Counted from the first letter of the stretch, positions 1-12,107 are shown. The stretch: 64,000 nucleotides of DNA from Marsupella aquatica (GCA_973895155.1 OZ316891.1:24179899-24243898); one strand, 5' to 3'. A program made the numbers and translations. The notes: generated by a model from the sequence alone, not told the origin.

Positions 1-480
1 CTTTTGGGTCAACCAAGTGTACGCATATGTCTCCTATGTAGTAAAATCCTTCCCCATTATTTCCTTCGTGTAAATCGAGATTGTATGCTTGCGCGTGTAT
101 GTATGTGTGAATCTCGTGTATAGGTGCCAACGCTTGGCTAAACGCACTACCCAAGTCGGGTACGGGGTGCAGCTTGCGAGTAGTGGTTGCGAACCCGGGT
201 TGAGTATCCATATCATCGAATCCGGATCGAACGCGGACAATACGAAGGCTTAGAAGCCCGTAAGCCGGGGTCGATCCTGTTATCGATTAAGGTACATTCT
301 AGCGGCGGAACACAAACCATACCTAGGAGGTGTTCGTATATGACCATAGGCACACTTAACGCTAGTTTACGTGAGTTAGGTGCATTCCGTGCATCCCTCC
401 CTGCCCGAACCCTCATTTTGACGAAGGATGTGCCTGTCTAAGCCATAACCCGGGTTAAGGCCTAGGCTAACAACGTGACG
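1..480 (+). repeat. 3' portion of the 5' LTR of element A
   Basis: Lies directly upstream of the PBS. Shares blocks with the 3' end of the B-family LTR (cattctagcggcggaacacaaaccataccta vs cattccggcggcggaatccaaacataccta; gaaggatgtg vs gaaggatctg). Ends at GTGACG, probably a mutated GTGACA; the exact end is uncertain. Confidence 0.55.
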
Positions 481-493
481 TAGCCTTTGTTTT

Positions 494-513
494 TGGCGCT
501 AGATGGAGGGGGC
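494..513 (+). promoter_or_regulatory. Primer-binding site of A, probably tRNA-Asn
   Basis: TGGCGCTAGATGGAGGGGGC, identical to the PBS of B. Near-complement of the plant tRNA-Asn(GUU) 3' end (CCCUCCUUCUAGCG-CCA, recalled from memory) with one mismatch. Confidence 0.7.
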
Positions 514-609
514 ACTCTACGTGTAGTAGAGGGAAGACATGTGCGGGTGCACTTAGGCAAAATACACCAGGCCCTTGTGAGTTACTAACTATTGCATTTA
601 TACGAGTAA

Positions 610-2779
610 ATGCCCGTCACTCGTTCTCAAGCAGCTTACTTGAGGAGATTGACCATCGAACAAGAGAGTGCAACCCCAACAAGCTCCGACTCTTCAAGCT
701 CGGAGGATTCGCAATTGCCTTGACAAATGAACATACCACTGGGACCTTTGGGGTCCGGTCCAGCCGGTCCTACTCCGGTCCCTGCTGCACCACCACCACC
801 GCCACCGCCACCAGTACCTATGGCAGCCGCCCCACCGATGGCCCGCGCTGCCCAAGCTCCCCCACAAATATCACAGCGGTCGTGGTTCCATTATCAACCT
901 TTCAAAGGACATCATGGGGATGATCCAGATGAATGGCTGGATGAGTTTGAAGCCAATGCTAAGGCCAATGGGGAAGATGCCATTAAGCTAACCGTCTTCC
1001 CCGGGGTGATGCGGGGAGAAGCTCGTCCATGGTACAACTCGCTGCAACCCGGGATTACATGGGCACAATTCCAAGCTGCGTTGCTACAAGAGTTTTGTGC
1101 CATTGGATCAGAGCAGCATTCTTTATTAAAGATCAACCAGCTTTGCATGGGAAAGGAGTCCCTGCGAAAGTTCATTTAGAAGTTTCAGAAACTTGCTACC
1201 AAAATCCGACCTAGGCCGGGTGATGCTCTCCAGCTTACATGGTTCCTCCATGGTTTGCCCACAAATATGCAATTCTAGGTGCGCCAGAATAACCCAATTT
1301 CAATGCAAGCAGCTATAGCGTGCGCCAAAACCTACCACGAGTCCACCTATAACTCCCGGCAAAGCCAACGGGCACGCCACAGGAAGGGCAAATACAAGAC
1401 CTTCAGTGACAGTGACTCTGAATCGGACGACAAGAAGAAGAAAAATGCGAGAAGAAGAAGAAACATCGTTTGACCTTGTCCAGTTTGGAGACAAAATCTA
1501 GTTTGGATTCGACTTCGACCAGCAAAGCCTCCACTTCTAGCTCATCAGGAAGTGATTCGGAGAGCAAGAGCTGAGGCAAAACGAAGAAGAGGCGGGTTAA
1601 GAAGGAGGGAAAAATCAAGCCCCGTGTTCGAAGAACGATACCCGATCCAAAGGCTGCCAAAACAGACAAGCTTAATGAGATCACAGATCGTCTCAAAGCA
1701 CTGTCGGTACATCTTGCGAAAAAGCCTGTGGAGAAGAAGAAGCCACCTGAGACCCGAGCACATGCGTGGTGTTCAAAGTGCTTCCAATCCAGGCATGTCG
1801 TGCAGGAATGCCCAAGATGGAAGAACCAAGTCCACCATGTGGAATTAGATGATGTTGACAACCCAGGACCTGATTCGGAGTCCACGGAGTATTTCTTCAA
1901 AGATCCCCCTGACTCGGTGTATCAGATTTCAACGGTGGATCCGCGTAACTTAGCAGGTAGAACTACGTACCCCTACCCAAACAACGGCAGGAGTTTCCAA
2001 GTTAGCAGTAACCCAAGCATTCCTTCTAAGCCAAGGATTTGGCAATCCCCGGTTTGTTACAACTGTGAGAAGCCAGGCCACTTTGCGAGGGAATGCACCA
2101 AACCAAGATGGCAGGGGGATGGCCGAGGCACACCACTATGTCAAGTCTACAAAACGGAAGCTCACTCCATGGCCAACTGTCCATTGGTAATAGCCGCTCG
2201 AACAAACGCAGCAAGACCGGCCTAGGGCGGACCGACCACGAGCGATGCAGTCATCCAAATGATTGCTGTGGAATGGCAGGATGACAACACCGAGTGGGTA
2301 AATTTGGTGGACGTGGCGGAGCACCCTAATCCATCGGACGAGGCTGAGTGCTACCAAGTGTCAACAAGAGCCGAGCGAAAGGAAGAGAAATAGGAAGAAA
2401 ATGCAGGAAAAAGCAAGATATTACTCCAGTGCAGCCAGCCATAGATATACCCCCGAAGAAGGACGATGACTACCGTCGGGATGACCCAAAGCTATTTTTC
2501 CCCTGCATCGAAGAATTGGTAAAGAAATAGTTGGAGGCCTACCAAGCTCGGGAATACCAGAAGGCAATCGATAAGGACATCAAAGCAGCCGAGCCCGCCC
2601 GACGACAGGAGCAAGAAAAGCAGGAGGAGGAAGCCAAGCAGCAGCCGAAGGAAGAAAAGGAGGACTATGATATTAAGGAAGACGTGAAGAGTTGCCCGGT
2701 TACGGCAACGGTAGGGCAACTGCTGCAGAACAATCCACAGTACCAATGACAACTGAGGGAGTTTGTGACATGGGCAACG
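610..2779 (+). pseudogene. gag: gag of element A (frameshifts and stops)
   Basis: ATG at 610 (MPVTRSQ). Fragments 727-1179, 1279-1473, 1728-2225 and 2348-2749 align with the B gag: retrotrans_gag core, Ser/Lys-rich spacer, CYNCEKPGHFAREC. Confidence 0.85.
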
Positions 2780-4730
2780 TGTCACTTAACCGAACGCGGG
2801 TCCTAGATTAAGACTTATACGGTCATTAGGACCGTAGCCATAGCATAGAATAGCACAAATAGCCGTCTTTGCCATTATGAATAGATTAGGAGTAGGTTAG
2901 TTGATTGAATGATTATGAATTTAGGCAAGGACTATTACGCTCGACCGGGGTACGGTGGCAGCGGCGGAGTAAAATCCGTTAGGAGAATCACGCTTGGACC
3001 GAGATGCCAACTTTAGCTGATCAACGACCAAAATGGCCTTTCCCTCTCATGCTCGAGCTCACCCTGGCACCTCCATAAGAGCGGAGTCGATGGAGCTGCG
3101 ACCCATTTGCTCATTTCTACCTTTAAAAATTTGCGGACGCTGCCATTCTCTCGCCTCTTTGGCTTGAATCAAGCTGACCTTTACGAGGAGATCATCGAGG
3201 GATAAGGGCGGATTGTGGCAAGATTTAGTCAGGACGAGTAAGGCCTCCACCAGCAAGCGGACCGGCCAGAAGGGAACGCGGACTTGACAAACCAGACTAC
3301 AAAGGTTAGTATGACCCTTACAGCCTTGGGATTTTGGACCTTGTTTGGCGAGGTAGGTGCTAAGTTCTCCGAGACTTACTGGTACTCTTGTCCCGAGAAA
3401 GCTGCTTATGAAAGAAGATACGCAAAGTTGGTGGCCAAGGTAGCACAGGTTAACTGCGAGAAGGCAGCCATCACCCGGGATTCCAGCTACAATGAGCTAC
3501 GAGACTACATCACCAAGCTATATCTCAGCGAGGAAGGGCTTAGATCGATAGCAGAGGCAATTCTTGAAGTCCCCGCAAAGTTCTTTAGGCTGAAGGGCAG
3601 CCAGCGGCTTACTCAAGCGGAGTTTGACAAGATCCCGGGGTACCTCGACCAGCAGATCACGGTCGAAAAGCGCCAAGAAGACATCAGCAGACAACAGGAA
3701 GTGGCGCGTAATCTTATGTTCCTCGGGGAAAGCTCCAACGCCTTCACCCGGGATATGGCTACCCCGACACCACCAGCCCCTCAGCCAATGACCACCGGCA
3801 TACCTCCTAACCGGTCCCAAGTCCGTCCAGTGAACAACACCAAGTGTTCCTCGGACTCCGAGTGTGTTAGTCCGCAGCTTGAGCAGCATTCTCGGAAGCG
3901 GGCAAGGACGACGCCGACCCCCGAAGCAACAACGTGAACCAATGCCGCCCCTGCACCTGGCTCGGCCAACCCCCCAACCAACCAGACCCGACGGCCCGCG
4001 GATAACCCAAAGTCCAACTTGTTACAGGTAATCCGCGTCCCCGTAGTAGTCTGGATCGCGATCAAGAAACTCAACCACGCGGACTATCTTAAGGAGCATC
4101 AGTTGGAGCAGTTTGCTCACTTGCTATGGAGACCGTGCGCAGCTGGGCCAAAAGAGATTTGTGAGTTCATCTCCAATTTTGATACTGATGCATCGACCAC
4201 CAAGGTTTTGGGGCAGCCCTTATCACTCACGGAGCATCGGTTAGCACAGATCTTCTGTCTGCCCACCGGGCCGGTGTCAGTTGAACTCCAAATTTGGGAT
4301 AAGGAGGATACGCCTTGGCACTTCAAACCCGAGGGTAAGACAGACAACGGATACAAGTAGAGGTCGTGCACCAATTTAGTCTATATGGAGCGGCTTAACT
4401 TCATACGGACTACCCTTCACATGATTGAGCCACGATCCGAGATCTCCCTCTATACGATCGTACAGGTGGAATAGTACAAACGACGGAACTGGGCCCAATT
4501 CTTTTACCGTAGGTTTTCGGGGGAGCTTAAGCAGGCTCAGGGAGGTATGGCTATTGGGAGGAAGACTTACCTGGGAAGTCATATAGCCATCATCCTCGCC
4601 TGGTACAAAGCGCGGCGGGAGGCCAGGGGAAAGAACATGGCCACCTCAGTCCCGACTAATGTCACCCCCGCTAAGGAGGAGGCTACCCACCACCAAAAAT
4701 CACCCATAAGGCCAAAAGGACTTTTGAGTA
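2780..4730 (+). mobile_element. Truncated LTR-like insertion (starts TGTCAC) carrying a diverged homologue of the B-family LTR ORF
   Basis: Interrupts the A gag abruptly at TGTCAC. ORFs 3284-3937, 4019-4360 and 4547-~4730 are all in one frame and align with the LTR ORF of B (EFISNFDTDASTTKVLGQPLSLTEHRLAQIFCLP vs EFVGSWEPETNCTRIYGKDFYLTPKVVAEVFGLP). The 3' end is lost. Confidence 0.65.
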
Positions 4731-7185
4731 GATCCGTAGATTCTCTGGACATAGGGCTATGTCTTGATTTACTAAGATCTAACCAAAACCCTATAACCAA
4801 TTTTCTAAAATTAGGTAAAGAGGGTTAATTCTTATGTTTTCCAAAATTCTTCTCAACTTTGAGATGCTCCCCAAAAGTAACCAAAGGTAACCAAGTTCTC
4901 CCACAAGTTTCCAGGGATAGAGTGGACCATATTTAACCTACTTTGAAACTTGGAACCCCTACCTTTTCCCATCAGCTATTTTTCCCAAGACCCGCTATTT
5001 GGTAACTTTAAGTTTTGCCAAAATACTTACAACTCCTAGGTTAAGACCCCACTTGACTTTGTGACTTTTTTGTGTGGTCTAGGGACTACCTAGCACCTAT
5101 AGGGTGAGTCTTAGCAAAACTTATCACTCAAAAGTATCGATCATGCCTTCGGCCCGACTTGCCGACTACCATAACTTTTTTTTGCCCTTACCAAATAACT
5201 TACTCAACTCTTGATACTTCTTAGAGAAACATGTCCTCTCCCTCAATTTATTTCCCTACTCTACTTCCTTAGTTATTAAGTTACCCTAAACCTAACAACT
5301 CTGCTAATCACTAAAACTATGTAATTACTACTCCTTGAAAGCAAAAAATTGACGCATTTCCTACCCAAAGCCTCCACTGAGCCATTCCACACCGGTTTGG
5401 CCCTCCTCTTATCCGGTCCTCCTAGGCAGGCCGTGGCTGTATGGTGGCCATGTAATCACGGATTGGGGAAAGAAGGAGCTACGGTTCAGGACATCCATAG
5501 TACGAGTATCATGGGCAATGGATGATTATCAAGGTGAAACGCCACAGGGACCCGAGGAATATGATTCAAAGACCTTGGAGGAAGAGGAGCTCAATATGAT
5601 TGAACTCATTTTGTCCCTGTCCGAGGAAGATGTCTTTGGAGTTGAGGCAACCCGGGAAACGCATCTCCTGAATTACCCGAAAGTTGCTATTGAGTCCACC
5701 CCCCAAGCACCTCTACCGCCCAGGAAGAAGAAACGCAAAAACATCCCATCAATACGGAGGACACGGCTCCAGCTAAGCAGGGAGCCGATGTTGCTTTTAC
5801 CAATACAGAGCCTAGTAACCACGAACTGGCCAAACAACTGCCCAAGGCCAAAAACCCAAAACTGAGGCATAAGAAACGGGTTTTCTGGGACCCGTCCATC
5901 TCGCAATTGGAGGTAGTAACTCCAAGTCCAAAACCAATCCTGGTTCCACCCATGTACGGAGGATTTCGATTAGCGGAGCTGGATGCGAGCCTGGACCCAA
6001 GCTTGCGGAACCAGGTGGAAGTCATAAGGAAGGAGCACTACCGGAAGTACACCATTGGGATGGATAAGTCTTTTAACCTGGGACATGCTCTGACGGGGGA
6101 GGCGGAAAAATCTATCCAAGCCCTGATCAAGGAATATGAAGATGTGTTCGCATGGAGCCATCACGATTTGATGGGAGTCTCCACCGAGTTGGGAGAACAC
6201 ACGATCAATTTGAACCTTGGGGCCCATGCAGTACGACAGCGACAACGTCGCATGAACCCAAGGTACTCCATCTTAGTGAAGGAGGAAATCGATCGTCTCC
6301 TTGCCGCAGATATCATCTACCTGGTAATGGGCAGCGACTGGGTTTCTCCCATTGTCATTGTACCAAAGAAGGGAGGTACGGGCAAAAAACCTAAGATCCG
6401 GATCTGTCAGGACTATCGTAAGTTGAACGACGCAACCGGAAAGACCATTACCCGTTACCATTCACGGATATGGTTCTCGATATGGTAGCCCAAAACAAAA
6501 TTTATACATTCCTTGACGGGTATTCGGGTTATAATCAAATCTGGATCCGCCTCTCGGATCAGCTCAAAACAACGTTCACTACGGAATGGGGGACGTTCGC
6601 ATTTCGGAGAATGCCGTTCGAGCTGTGTAACGTCCCGGCCATGTTTCAGCGGCTCATGATGAATATCTTCCACGATTTCCTACGGGAATTTCTGGAAATA
6701 TTTATCGACGACTTTGCCATCTTCAGAACTGTCGCCATGCACCCCGAACATCTACGGTGTACGCTACAACGATGCCGAGAGGTTAACCTCAAGCTACATC
6801 CTGCCAAATGTTTTTTTGGGGTAGAGGAAGGAGTGTTACTCGGGCATCGTGTGTCCAAATGGGGTATCGAGAAGGTCGCGGCTTGGATGGCGGTGATGTT
6901 TCCCGTAGATCAAAAAGCGGTATGATCCTTTTTGGGCTGTGTAGGGTATTATCGTCGGTTCATCAAAGATTTTGCTAAAATTGCGTTACCCTTAACTGAG
7001 ATGATGAAGAAGGACGTAGTGATCGAGGAGACACCCAGGAGACGGATTGCTTTCGAAGAACTCCGTAAATGACTCACCACCGCACCTATCATGGTCACCC
7101 CGGACTGGAATAAAGAGTTCCATGTGTACGTCAATGTGTCAGGGTTCTGTATCGGGTCCGTACTCAGTCAGCTTGATGAGGACGG

Positions 7186-7475
7186 CTCGGGGGTCTCACT
7201 ACATGGGGACCTCCCCATCACCTGCGACGTTTTTAGGCCTTGGACCCCCTAAAATGTAAGAAAAAATATTATTTTTTAACCCCTATAAAGTTGGAATATT
7301 TTTGGAATAAAATTGGATTAAAAAGGCCCTAATGTTCTTATAAGTCTCAAAATTGAATTTAAAAGACCCTATTGTTCTTCTACAAAAATTCTTAAGTCTT
7401 CCCTTACAACCAATAAAATGACCCTATCCTTCGTCGCACGTGATATGCCATTTTTGTGGAAGTGAAACCCCCAAG
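7186..7475. mobile_element. 290-bp MITE, hAT-type
   Basis: 8-bp TSD GAGGACGG (7178-7185 and 7476-7483). 15-bp TIRs CTCGGGGGTCTCACT / AGTGAAACCCCCAAG match at 13/15. AT-rich non-coding interior. Confidence 0.85.
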
Positions 7476-7548
7476 GAGGACGGACGTGCTACCCCATCTA
7501 CTTTGCTAGCCGTCAACTATTCATAGCCAAAAAAAATTATTCTCCCAC

Positions 7549-9408
7549 TGTAAGTAGTGGGTAATTCCAAAAGCATGAAGAAACTGATTTTTTAAATTTT
7601 TTTTATGGTGTTTAGACTGCAATTATTGCTAACTGTAACCGAAACAACATTCAAAGTTACTAAGTTCCTAAGTTACGAGTAAACTCCCTTTATGAGTTTA
7701 CGAGTTTATGACTTTATGAGTTTACTAGTTAGGACTTAAGAGTTTACGAGTTACACTTTATGATTTGGCGACCCTATGATTGTGACATCTTACGGCTACT
7801 TCAACGAGACTCCACAACAGAAGAAGAGCGCGCCTTGGAAGGGAAGGAATGCAGGACATAAGCGCTCATTATTGACTTCTCTTCCACCTTACCTCTCAGA
7901 CTCTTACAGAATTCAACCGGTATTTCAGAGATGTCAAATGGAGGCTTCAACCTTTCTATTCCAGGATGCTGAACTCTGATGAATTCCTATACCATTATCC
8001 CCAAGTATATGCTGCTACTTGCAATAATTATGACGTGATTGGGATGTATAGAGAAGCTCTTCGAATGCCCTGATGTATCCTGAAAGGCAACTGAGATGCC
8101 TACCCTATTTTCGAGGTTCACCACGACAGGCTGAGCTCATGGAGGTTGTCCAATCAGGCACTGACACTTTTGTGGAACTTCTCGAAATCAACGACATTCA
8201 ACACCGAGACTAAGGCAGAAGTCCTAAGTTTCTAGTTTGTTTAGAGTAGTGCATCTTGTCCAATTTTTAGAAATGTGTTCTAGAACTTTAAAAGCTGTCA
8301 CACTTCTTTAGCATGTAGTCTGTACTTAGGAAAGCCTTCTGGAAACATTTGAGGCTTTTCTGAGCTACAAGTAAGAAGTTAAAAATAGTTGAATTTGCCA
8401 AGTGTTTACTTCTATTGCAATTATGAGTTACAACTTAGTTAGACTTTTACGAGTTTAAGAGTTTACTAGTTCACAGCTTTTACTAGTTTACGAGTTCAGA
8501 CTTAGCCAGATTTTTGGCTTTTCACTTACTGAATTGTCATTTTAACTTTTTGAGGAGTATGAAGAGGCATGTCTCTTCGACTTTATGACCTCTTACTCTG
8601 TAGATTTTTACTATAAGACCCCTCCACCACTAATGTAGTTTATGGTTAAGTTATGCATTTTTGCCTTTTCCTTGTGTTAAACTAGTTGATCATGAATCTA
8701 TGAGTTCGAGATCAGGTTTAACATTTGGAGAGACTTACCTCCTTATTGTGTTTTTACCTATGATTATAAACACAGGAAGTAAAATTCCTTTTGTGCAAAT
8801 GTTTTGAGTTGTAATGATAGATTCCTTGTTGGTGACTCATTGCAATCTCTTGAGTTCTTAAAGTTAACTCATTGAGTTTAAGTTTCATTGAAATTGATGG
8901 ATTTTCTTTCGTGTTGCTCAGTACCATCTAAATGTTGAAGTAGCTACCTTTTAGATCTTATCTGAGTACCACTTAGAAAGAAAGGATAAGACATGTTGAC
9001 GGCATTTTAAAAGGTACTCTAGTAAGCAGTTTAGATCTGAAAAGCAATATGGATTTGAATCCTTAAGTCTTTTCATTTTGACTTATGTCTAAGGAGTAAC
9101 CTTGGTCTATTCCAGACTCCCTTAGCGTACTTTGAGATTATTTTCTCTTGTGTTTTGTTAATCATTCCCTTTTCATTAATTTATGGTTACTTGATGCTGA
9201 GTTATCATTGAAAACTACTCACCGCTGTGGAGCGATCTTCAAAATACCTTATTAAAGTAATCAAACTTGATTACTATGTGTGGAAAACATTTTTAGTTCT
9301 TTATTATTGTTTAAATCTATCAAACCAACCCCATCTTGTTCTTTACGGGAACAAATACCGAGTTTAAAGACCTTTAAGTGTGTTTTTGGTTCTTCATAGC
9401 AAACTACA
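7549..9408. mobile_element. Solo LTR (1,860 bp), unclassified family
   Basis: TGTA...TACA termini, 5-bp TSD CCCAC (7544-7548 and 9409-9413), no internal retroelement domains; the host RNase H resumes on both sides. Confidence 0.85.
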
Positions 9409-10325
9409 CCCACTGATCAAGAAGCTCTAGGAATAATCTACTCATGCAAGAAGTTTCGACACTACCTGCTCGGATACAAGGTCATATTCCACACGGATCA
9501 TGATAACCTGAAGTACATGGTCAACAAAGCGGATGTGACAGGACGGATAGCCCGGTGGGTGCTACTTCTCCAGGAATTTAACTATGAAGTTTGGGTTTGG
9601 CCAGGAAAAGCACATCTCAACGCCAACTTCTTTTCAAGGCTGGACGGCATACCAGTTGATCAGCCAATTAATGATACTTTTCCGGACGATGAGTTATTCC
9701 ATACAGTAGGGGCGGGAGCGCCTACGTGGTACGGCTCAATAATCACCTTCCTCTTAACAGGCCGCATCCCTGACGACATCAATCAGGAGGCCGCCGCTGT
9801 GTTTTTACGGAAGGCCGGGCCGTACACTATGATACAGGGTCACCTACATAAGGAAGGCGTTAATGGGAAGCTACGACGCTGCTTAGAGTACAAGGAGACG
9901 CTCATCGTTATGCAGGCCTTGCATGAGGAAGAAGCTGGAGGCCATTTTGCGGCTATCACGACAGCCCAAAAGATTTTGGATTCAGGGTATTGGTGGCCTA
10001 CGTTGCATCGGGATATACAATGTTTCATCAAGGGCTGTGACCTATGTCAGCGGGCTAGGGCCCCACGATGATCTCATCATCACCCTCTCACGTCCGTGCT
10101 CCCCTTGGCACCTTTTGAAAAGTGGGGTATCGATTATATCAGACCGTTCACTCCCGTTACCCAACGACGAAGATGCAGGTACATGGAGAATCATTCTCCT
10201 GGCCATTCTGAAACATCCGAGTCCTCATTCTCCGGATCAATTTATACTTGGAGAGTCACTCGTTCGTCTGCATCGAACTCTTTGCAAAACATTAGTCAGG
10301 CGATTCCAAAGCCAAATGAGGCATC

Positions 10326-11747
10326 ATGGAGTCTTACGAAGATTTTGCGATGGAGGACGGGGGCGAGGTAGTCCTGTCCATGGATGCTGTGATCGAGAAA
10401 TATGCAATGTCGTTTGGAGTTGATTTCAGAGGGGAGAAGAAAGAGCCGCCGCGTATCCCTCTTTGTCGGCTTGTTCACATGGAAATCGTTCAGACTTTAC
10501 AGAAAAATAGTGCATCTATCGATAAGCTCAAAGATTTGTTTTGGAGCTCTGGGTATAACTCTTCAATTGGGATGCGGTTTTACGTCCAACCCATGGATTT
10601 AGAAGGAGTCATTCAATTCTGCACGCCTGAAATTTGGGACACCTGGGATGTTGTTTGGGTTGCCCAAAACGACTTGCGCTTCTACTAGTGTTCAATGAGA
10701 TGTTGGACAGTTCAAGTCTAAGACTTCTAGGCATGTTTTTGTTGAGTCCAGCGTAATGGACTTCTTTGAGAGTGTGTTCACGAAAGAGCAGAAATTGGCT
10801 TGGGTGTCAAATGTGGAGAAGTGGGTGAAAGACCTAGTCTTGCTTGGTCTAAGGGAGAAAGGAGTCATAAGTGGAGGAAAGATCAGATCATTTGGAGTTG
10901 ATGCTGGATTCGTTTACCCCCCAACTGGACTGCGCCCATCCCTTTTAGAGAAGAAGTCTCCAAAATTCCCCAGATCATAGAATTGTTGGTTCATTCTTTC
11001 GCACAATGGACCCCTTTCTAGCAGATGATGGTATATTGGCCATTTTGCATACCGGCGAGTATGATCAGATCTTGCAGGTGATCGCCGCAAGCCAGGAGTC
11101 TCAAAAGTTTCAGTGTGTGAAAACCCTAAACGTGGTTATGGGAGTTCCAATGTACATGGCCCGAAGTGATTGCCAGGTAAATTCTCTCACTCTTCATGCT
11201 GTCCTTTGTTAGCGCCTGGCGCTATCCAAAATTCATTGTTATGCCGTGATTTAAATGATTTTCTGGTTGGATCGTTGGCATCTTAACAATGGACTTTGTT
11301 GGGATTTCATAGGTTTTCACACTGAGATTGGATCTGCTCAGTCGTGTTTCGTCAAAGGTTAAGGTTCCAAAGGACCCCAAGTTTCAACCACTCTCTGCAA
11401 CTGAAGATCCTTCTATGACTAACCTTATTGGTCTCCCAAGTGTGAGGAAGGATCCAACTCCTTCAGCAGCGTTTGCTGGAAATGGACGCTTGTCCGTTGG
11501 GTTCATGCAATCTGTGTTAGAGTTAATCACTCGGCCGGGTGACATTGTCATGGACTGGACTGTGGGTTCGGGAAGTACATTTGTTGCTGGTGACTATTGT
11601 GGTCATTTTATTCTTGGTATAGAAAACCAAAAAGAGTTTGTTGAGATTGCGGAAAAGACATGGATGGATTTATTGATTCCAAAGGATGTCAGTTCCTCAT
11701 CTCCCGCTAAAGATGTGGTCAGAAAACAAAAAGATAAAGTTTGCTCT
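10326..11747 (+). pseudogene. ParB-like N-terminal domain plus beta-class N6A/N4C DNA methyltransferase-like gene, spliced and disrupted; last exon resumes at 32917-33036
   Basis: 10326-10688 IPLCRLVHMEIV...KLKDLF..SGY...FYV (ParB-like start); 10756-10980 VDAGFVYPPTG (motif IV position); 11006-11176 FLADDGILAILH (motif VI-like); phase-0 GT-AG intron 11177-11312; 11313-11747 LELITRPGDIVMDWTVGSGST...GHFILGIENQKEFVEIAEK (motifs X/I/II). Confidence 0.7.
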
Positions 11748-11936
11748 TGTTAGAATACACTTAACCATAACTCATAGAGTGATACAAAGGGGTATATAGG
11801 GACTAGATATAGAGAGTCATGAGACTAGGAGAAGGTAGTTATAACCATCCAATGTGTAACACCTTATAAGCCACATTGGCTCATGAAAGGATTATCCTTG
11901 TGTTGTTGGTGTATGAATTATAGCCATCGTCTAACA
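11748..11936 (+). repeat. 5' LTR of E
   Basis: TGTTAG...CTAACA; two differences from the 3' LTR by eye. Confidence 0.95.
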
Positions 11937-11949
11937 CGTTATCAGCACG
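11937..11949 (+). promoter_or_regulatory. PBS of E (non-canonical, Bianca-type)
   Basis: CGTTATCAGCACG abuts the LTR and is identical to the PBS of F. It lacks the TGG start expected for priming from a tRNA 3' end. Confidence 0.8.
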
Positions 11950-12107
11950 TTTTATGCCCTTCAATCTTCTCGAGCTTATGTTTTTTTTTCCCTCTTTCTC
12001 TTTTTGATAACTTCCAATTGTCATCGACAATTCTTCACCGCCCGCACCCTGATTTACACAGACCACGACCAATTCCCCAAGGCTACTAGACTTCAATTAA
12101 CCTGACA

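Larger units (their letters stand above)
1..10184 (+). mobile_element. Ty3/gypsy LTR retrotransposon A (non-chromovirus, distant relative of B/C); decayed and 3'-truncated within the integrase
   Basis: LTR-like segment, then PBS TGGCGCTAGATGGAGGGGGC at 494, gag (DDPDEWLDEF, three CCHC-type knuckles), protease C-terminus (LLGRPWL), RT (FLDGYSGYNQI, FIDDF), RNase H and integrase N-terminus (GHF...CDLCQ, FEKWGIDY). Similarity to B stops at ~10184. Confidence 0.9.
5395..10184 (+). pseudogene. pol: Protease C-terminus, RT, RNase H and integrase 5' part of element A, interrupted by a MITE and a solo LTR
   Basis: ORFs 5907-6488, 6470-6925, 9517-10071 and 10096-10184. The RNase H text rejoins across both insertions (LSQLDEDG|...PIYFASRQL...NYSP|TDQEALGIIYSCKKFRHYLLG). 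Confidence 0.9.

Noticed and set aside
10326-11747. Bacterial contamination as the source of the MTase
   Set aside because: It has an in-frame GT-AG intron and is interrupted by a plant copia element with a perfect TSD.
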